Origin: Candidatus Deferrimicrobiaceae bacterium | Lineage (GTDB): Bacteria; Desulfobacterota; Deferrimicrobia; Deferrimicrobiales; Deferrimicrobiaceae | DNA length: 20,463 nucleotides | Direction of reading: 5' to 3' | NCBI GenBank assembly: GCA_963792415.1 | Contig: CAWBVY010000002.1 | Location: forward strand, 1-20,463 | Shown: piece by piece, positions 16,312-20,463 of the stretch | Layout: each line of letters starts with the position of its first letter | How positions within the stretch are numbered: the first letter of the stretch is position 1 | Program-made: the position numbers and the translations under genes | Notes under the pieces: generated by a model | Told to the model about the DNA's origin: nothing | The model's database searches: none | The model's input: only the letters and a program-made list of their open reading frames with translations

Positions 16312-18575
16312 CTACTTCTTGTCCATGAGAACCACCCCGTCCCACGGTTCCGCGGGGGGGGTGGTGTTGTACACCTCGCACAGGCTTAAGTAATAACGTG
16401 AAGGCTCGTCCTCTCCCAGCGCTTCCAAAGCCCAGCGGAATTTTTCCTTTGCTTCCTCCCAGGATTTCTGCTTGAAGGCGGCAAGAGCCTCGGCGAATAC
16501 CCGGCACCCCTCGCGCTGTTTCCCGTCCGCCTCTTCCAGGCGGCAGATCAGCTCGTGGATCGCGATCGGCATGCTCTTCCCTTTCAACCGGAACGACCCG
16601 AGCTCCCTCGTCAACAGGCCTTCCAGCTGGTCTATCACCTCGGAGGACACCAGGACGCGCGTTCCCAGGTGCTTGTTCATCCCCTCGATCCGTGACGCCG
16701 TGTTGACGATGTCCCCCATGACGGAGTGCTGGTAATGGTCCCCGCCGCCGATGTTCCCGAGGAAGATGTCCCCGTAATGCAGGCCGATCCGGGTGTTGAG
16801 GCGGTGCGGATCGGATGGCCCGTACAGCCGGTGCACGGCCCGGTTGATGTCGATCGCCGCGAGGCACGCCTTGTCCCGAAGGGCCGCGTCGGGGGTCGCC
16901 GAGACCCAGATCGCCAGCATGGAGTCCCCGGCGAGGTTCGATACGACCCCGCCGTGCTCCTTCACCGGCCGGAACATCGTCTCGTAGTACCGGTTCATGA
17001 ACGCGCCGAGCTCCTTGGGGTCCAGGGTCTCCGACAACGTCGTGTAATGCTCCGCGTCCGTGAACAGGCAGACGCCGTAGACGGACTCGCTGACGGCGCC
17101 GAGCTCCCCGAGGTTCTCCACCAGCTGGTCGACGACGTTCTTGGGGAGGTAATGCTCGAAGGCCTTCCGGACCTTCTCCTGCTCCTTCTTCGTGTCGAGG
17201 TAGTTCCAGATCACCCCTCCGAAGAATGCCAGCGGAGCCTGGAAAAAGAGCGGGACCGCCACGGGGTACCAGAGGTTGGCCGTCTTGAACTGAAACCACG
17301 CGAGGGCGAGATAGAGCCCGCTCAAGCCCACAATGCCCAGCGCCGCGATCCCGATATGGAAATACCTGCCGAGGAACCCCATGACCACGCCCCAGAGGAC
17401 AACGATGAAGACCAGGGGAAGCAGCCCGAGCGGCTTCACCGATGTATCGTCGAGGATGTTGGAGAATGCGGTGGCGGAGATCTCCACCCCGCCGATGAAG
17501 ATTCCGTTCGCCTGGGAGAATACCGTGTAGAAGCTGTCCTTCCGCTCCGCCAGCATCGCCTCCGACAGCCCCACGAAGACGGCCTTCTCCTTCAGGTCGA
17601 TCTTCCGGTCCCCCGCCGCACCGTCGCGGATCTGGAGCGCCTGGTGATACGGAATCGTCGTGATTGTGCGAGGCCTGGACCGTAGTAGTTGATGAACCGG
17701 TTGTTCGACCCCTCGTACACGCGGATCAGCGCCTCGACCAGCCGTTGCCTGCCCGCATCGCCGGCGGGCGCCTTCGAACGTTCGAGCTCGCGCCGCATTC
17801 TCTCCGCGATCAACGGATCGGCCAGGAACACCTCCCGGATCTTTTTCATCAGGTCCCTGACGGTTCCCGTGGCGATGGCCGCCGACATGTCGCGGGGGAA
17901 CTTCCTCGCCTGCGCCGGGCTCGCCTTCTCGAGCAGGCGGATGAAATCCCCGTAGGCCGTCGCCCCGTAGATCTGGAGCATCACCATCGGAACGGAGGGA
18001 GAGTCCCCTGCGCCCGGCTCGAACGTGAAGAACTGGCTCACCTTGAAAGGGATCCGGGGAAGCGTGAACGGCGCCGTGGCAGCGGCGGCATCGGTGAAAA
18101 GCTCGATCGGCGGCACCACCTTGACGACGTTGTGGCTCGAGGACTCGGGAGACCCGTCCGCGTCCGGCAGAAGAATGTCCTTGGTCCGGATCGGCTCGGT
18201 GAGGACGACGTTTCGCGCCTTTTTCATGGCGTTCGCAAAGGCGACGTCGTCCTTCGCCACCCGCGGCTCGATGAAATGGAGGTCGAAGGATACGACCCTG
18301 GCGCCTTCCCGGGCCAGGATCTCCGTCAGGCGCGCATGGAGAGAGCGGGGCCACTTGTCGGGGTTGTCCGGGATGCCAAGCTGCTCGGAGGACTCCCTGT
18401 CAATGCTGATGACGACGGCTTCCGGAGGTGGCCTGGCCGCTCCTCTGAACCTGAACAGCAGGCCGAGACCTGTGTCTTCCTCGAGACCCATCGCGAATCG
18501 GAAAGGGCTTGCGACCAACCCGACGACCCCGACGAGGAAGCCGAGGATGACGGCTTTCAACAAGCGGGATTTCAC
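16312..18575 (-). pseudogene. CHASE2-domain class III adenylate/guanylate cyclase, split by a frameshift at ~17674-17675 (~753 aa if repaired)
   Basis: 5' part (GTG 18575; 'VVISIDRES', 'WPRSLHA', 'FDLHF', 'INYYGP') and 3' part ('PRTITTIPY', 'VFVG', 'GVEISAT', TM helices, 'LFTD', 'GDSML', 'RIGLHYG', 'GDIVNTASRIEG') are in different frames. Removing 2 nt gives NYYGPPRTI. Could be a sequencing/assembly error. Confidence 0.8.
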
Positions 18576-18666
18576 CGTAACACCAACATGTAAATTCGCA
18601 CCGATTCACCAACACGACTGGCGGAAAAACCGGGAAACCGGGCAGAGGATAACAACAACGAAACAT

Positions 18667-18700
18667 GGTCAGGCAGGGCCATTTCTAGCCCTGCCCGACC
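18667..18700 (-). terminator. Hairpin between the secreted-protein gene and the cyclase gene (terminator or transcript-stabilising stem)
   Basis: Minus strand GGTCGGGCAGGGC-8 nt loop-GCCCTGCCTGACC (13 bp with one G-U), followed by ATGTTTCGTTGTTGTT. Confidence 0.55.
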
Positions 18701-18770
18701 CTTTCGAATCGTAGAAACAACGCGTAATTACGAACAATTTCAGACAATAATCCATATATTCGTTATTACC

Positions 18771-19661
18771 TTAATTCAGTCTTATACAAACTCCTGTCCT
18801 TGGATTACAGTAATAAGTTGAACCTGCAGAATTATCATCAGATATAACAACGGATGGGCAATCCTGTCCTGGAACTGAAATGTCGGCTAAGACCCCTTGA
18901 GAAAACGTTAATGAACCAAATGGAACATATTTAGGATCACCAGGTCCAATTACTCCTGCTGCTGGATTAGAACAGTCCTTTAGCACTTGCTGACACTGTG
19001 TTGCCGGGTCTGTTACAGTACAAAAATCATATTCAACACCGCCTGGCGATACTCCCGAATATCTCGTTAAGGAAGTAACAACTCCTTGCGCGCGGGGGGG
19101 AGGGGGTTCCGCGCAACCGGGACCTTTGATGTTTCTGCAATAATAGTAGGCATTGCCCGACTTGAATTGCATCGGGACGCCCCAATCCGTCGGGATCGGC
19201 ACGGCGTTGTCCGTGCCGAAACCAAAGGTGGTCGAACCGATGCTGGTGACCGTCACCAGGTCGTTATAAACGTCCCACACCCCGAAACCATTCCAGTTGC
19301 TAGATAAGCCGGTAGCGGGGGCTGAGTAAAGCTGAAAGGTTTCACCGGGAATCGCGGAATAATTATTACCGGTATAGCCGATGGAAGGGATTGAATCGCA
19401 GGCGGGGACGAGGATAGCAAACTGGGTACCCTTGGTCGCGAGTCCACTGATGGTGTATTTCCATATTGTCTTCCCGCCTTCGGTGTAGGGCTCAGTGGCA
19501 ACCACAGTAGCCCCAATGGGCTCCCCAGCTGAATTGACCAAGGTACAGGTAGGTGTGGGTTGTGGGATCGCAGCAGCAATCCCCGCGCCGAGAAACAAGG
19601 CCAACATAACTGTCAATGCCGCTACCGCAACCGGTGCCGATTTTATCCTTCGCTTTTCCAT
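18771..19661 (-). CDS. Secreted cysteine-rich protein of unknown function (~296 aa, 10 Cys)
   Basis: ATG 19661 after GAAGGAGGTGG; Sec signal peptide (MEKRRIK...LALFLGAGIAAA); beta-rich N domain with 4 Cys, EPPPPR linker, C domain with 6 Cys ending YYCNPRTGVCIRLN. Confidence 0.8.
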   Translation of the reverse strand: MEKRRIKSAPVAVAALTVMLALFLGAGIAAAIPQPTPTCTLVNSAGEPIGATVVATEPYTEGGKTIWKYTISGLATKGTQFAILVPACDSIPSIGYTGNNYSAIPGETFQLYSAPATGLSSNWNGFGVWDVYNDLVTVTSIGSTTFGFGTDNAVPIPTDWGVPMQFKSGNAYYYCRNIKGPGCAEPPPPRAQGVVTSLTRYSGVSPGGVEYDFCTVTDPATQCQQVLKDCSNPAAGVIGPGDPKYVPFGSLTFSQGVLADISVPGQDCPSVVISDDNSAGSTYYCNPRTGVCIRLN

Positions 19662-20003
19662 CTCCACCTCCTTCTCCAACAAGAGAAATTGTTGGCGCGC
19701 CGTCAGTCCCGACACGCATGAACCCATCCGAATCCCTTCGCCTCCTTCCCTTTCTGTCATCGATTAACGAGACTTCAGGCGTTCTCGTGAGGCAAACACC
19801 CCCGGCAAAACGCAGTTTTTAAATTGTGTTGTGTTTGCATGGACACCCCCTCAATGACATATTGGGGCCGGATTCAAAAATTGTCCGCGTTTGATTGACG
19901 TCGTCCGGCGCCAACGTCATAGAGCATTACTGGCGTTAACCGGTTTATTTAATAGTAAATAGTAAATTTTCACACAAAATATGCAATTGGAACGAAGATT
20001 TTA

Positions 20004-20020
20004 AGCAATTACGGCGCCAA
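20004..20020 (-). promoter_or_regulatory. Candidate sigma54 (-24/-12) promoter facing the secreted-protein gene
   Basis: Minus strand TTGGCGCCGTAATTGCT vs consensus YTGGCACGRNNNTTGCW (2 mismatches, GG and GC correctly spaced); would imply a leader of about 330 nt. Confidence 0.45.
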
Positions 20021-20463
20021 TACGGAAAAACCGCTTAACCCATTGAAAAAGAAAGCCATTTTATTCGGTAACCCCAGGAGCGGAAGCAGAGAGCCACCCG
20101 AAGGTGGCGATAATATTACCGAAACCATGAAAAAGAATACCCTTTTGAACCGGGCAGGGCCCATGTCCAAACGACCGGCAGTTTTCTGTTGGACAAGCGC
20201 GGAACAGACTTTTACGGGCGAATTACCTTGCCATCTCCGGTTCGGATTCGGGCAGTTGAACCCACCCAACCATTCGCGATTCAAATTTAAAACACAGTCC
20301 CGGATATTGTCAAGAATAAATTCTCGGAAATGGAAATTATTTCATTTCTGTTCAACTCCGTGAGGCAACGTTACAAATTCTGCGATAGAGGCGGAACCCC
20401 TCCTCCCGTATAGCCACCTCTTCCCTCGCCAGAGGATCGGCAATGGCCGCTTCTTTCACCACG

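Noticed and set aside
10489-18575. Calling the locus a Pycsar anti-phage system
   Set aside because: The cyclase is a membrane CHASE2 sensor paired with an outer-membrane receptor and a PDE, unlike the compact two-gene Pycsar operons; only the substrate question is kept as a finding.
20009-20363. Overlapping 91-aa and 106-aa ORFs on opposite strands
   Set aside because: No clear SD or motif, AT-rich; more likely regulatory intergenic DNA.
1-20463. CRISPR array, rRNA, IS/transposase, integrase, riboswitch
   Set aside because: No regularly spaced repeats, recombinase motifs or recognisable riboswitch consensus seen by eye; an Rfam/Infernal scan would be needed to exclude ncRNAs.

Overview
High-GC bacterial DNA; gene style suggests a deltaproteobacterial/Desulfobacterota-like lineage, possibly Ca. 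Deferrimicrobiaceae (inference only). Left part: a DUF4382-like lipoprotein, then tRNA-Thr(CGT) followed by a ~2.6 kb AT-richer, integrase-less islet closed by a degenerate copy of the tRNA 3' half. Three dispersed paralogs of an unnamed 70-100 aa protein lie in and just beyond the islet. Middle: ybaK, an HSDL2-like SDR, bacteriohemerythrin, a CopZ-like chaperone and a YbjT/DUF2867-like protein. Right half (8.7-19.7 kb) looks like a self-contained cyclic-nucleotide signalling locus: secreted Cys-rich protein, CHASE2 class III cyclase (frameshifted here, atypical substrate-specifying residue), FecR-TPR-beta-barrel receptor (NsrA-like), MBL-fold phosphodiesterase, cNMP-binding MscS channel and a flavin oxidoreductase-cNMP fusion. 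The receptor barrel and the secreted protein's C-terminal domain are both sharply AT-rich inside GC-rich genes, suggesting a co-swapped ligand/receptor pair (hypothesis). A 42-bp duplicate of the PDE 3' end flanks the MscS gene, suggesting that gene was inserted.
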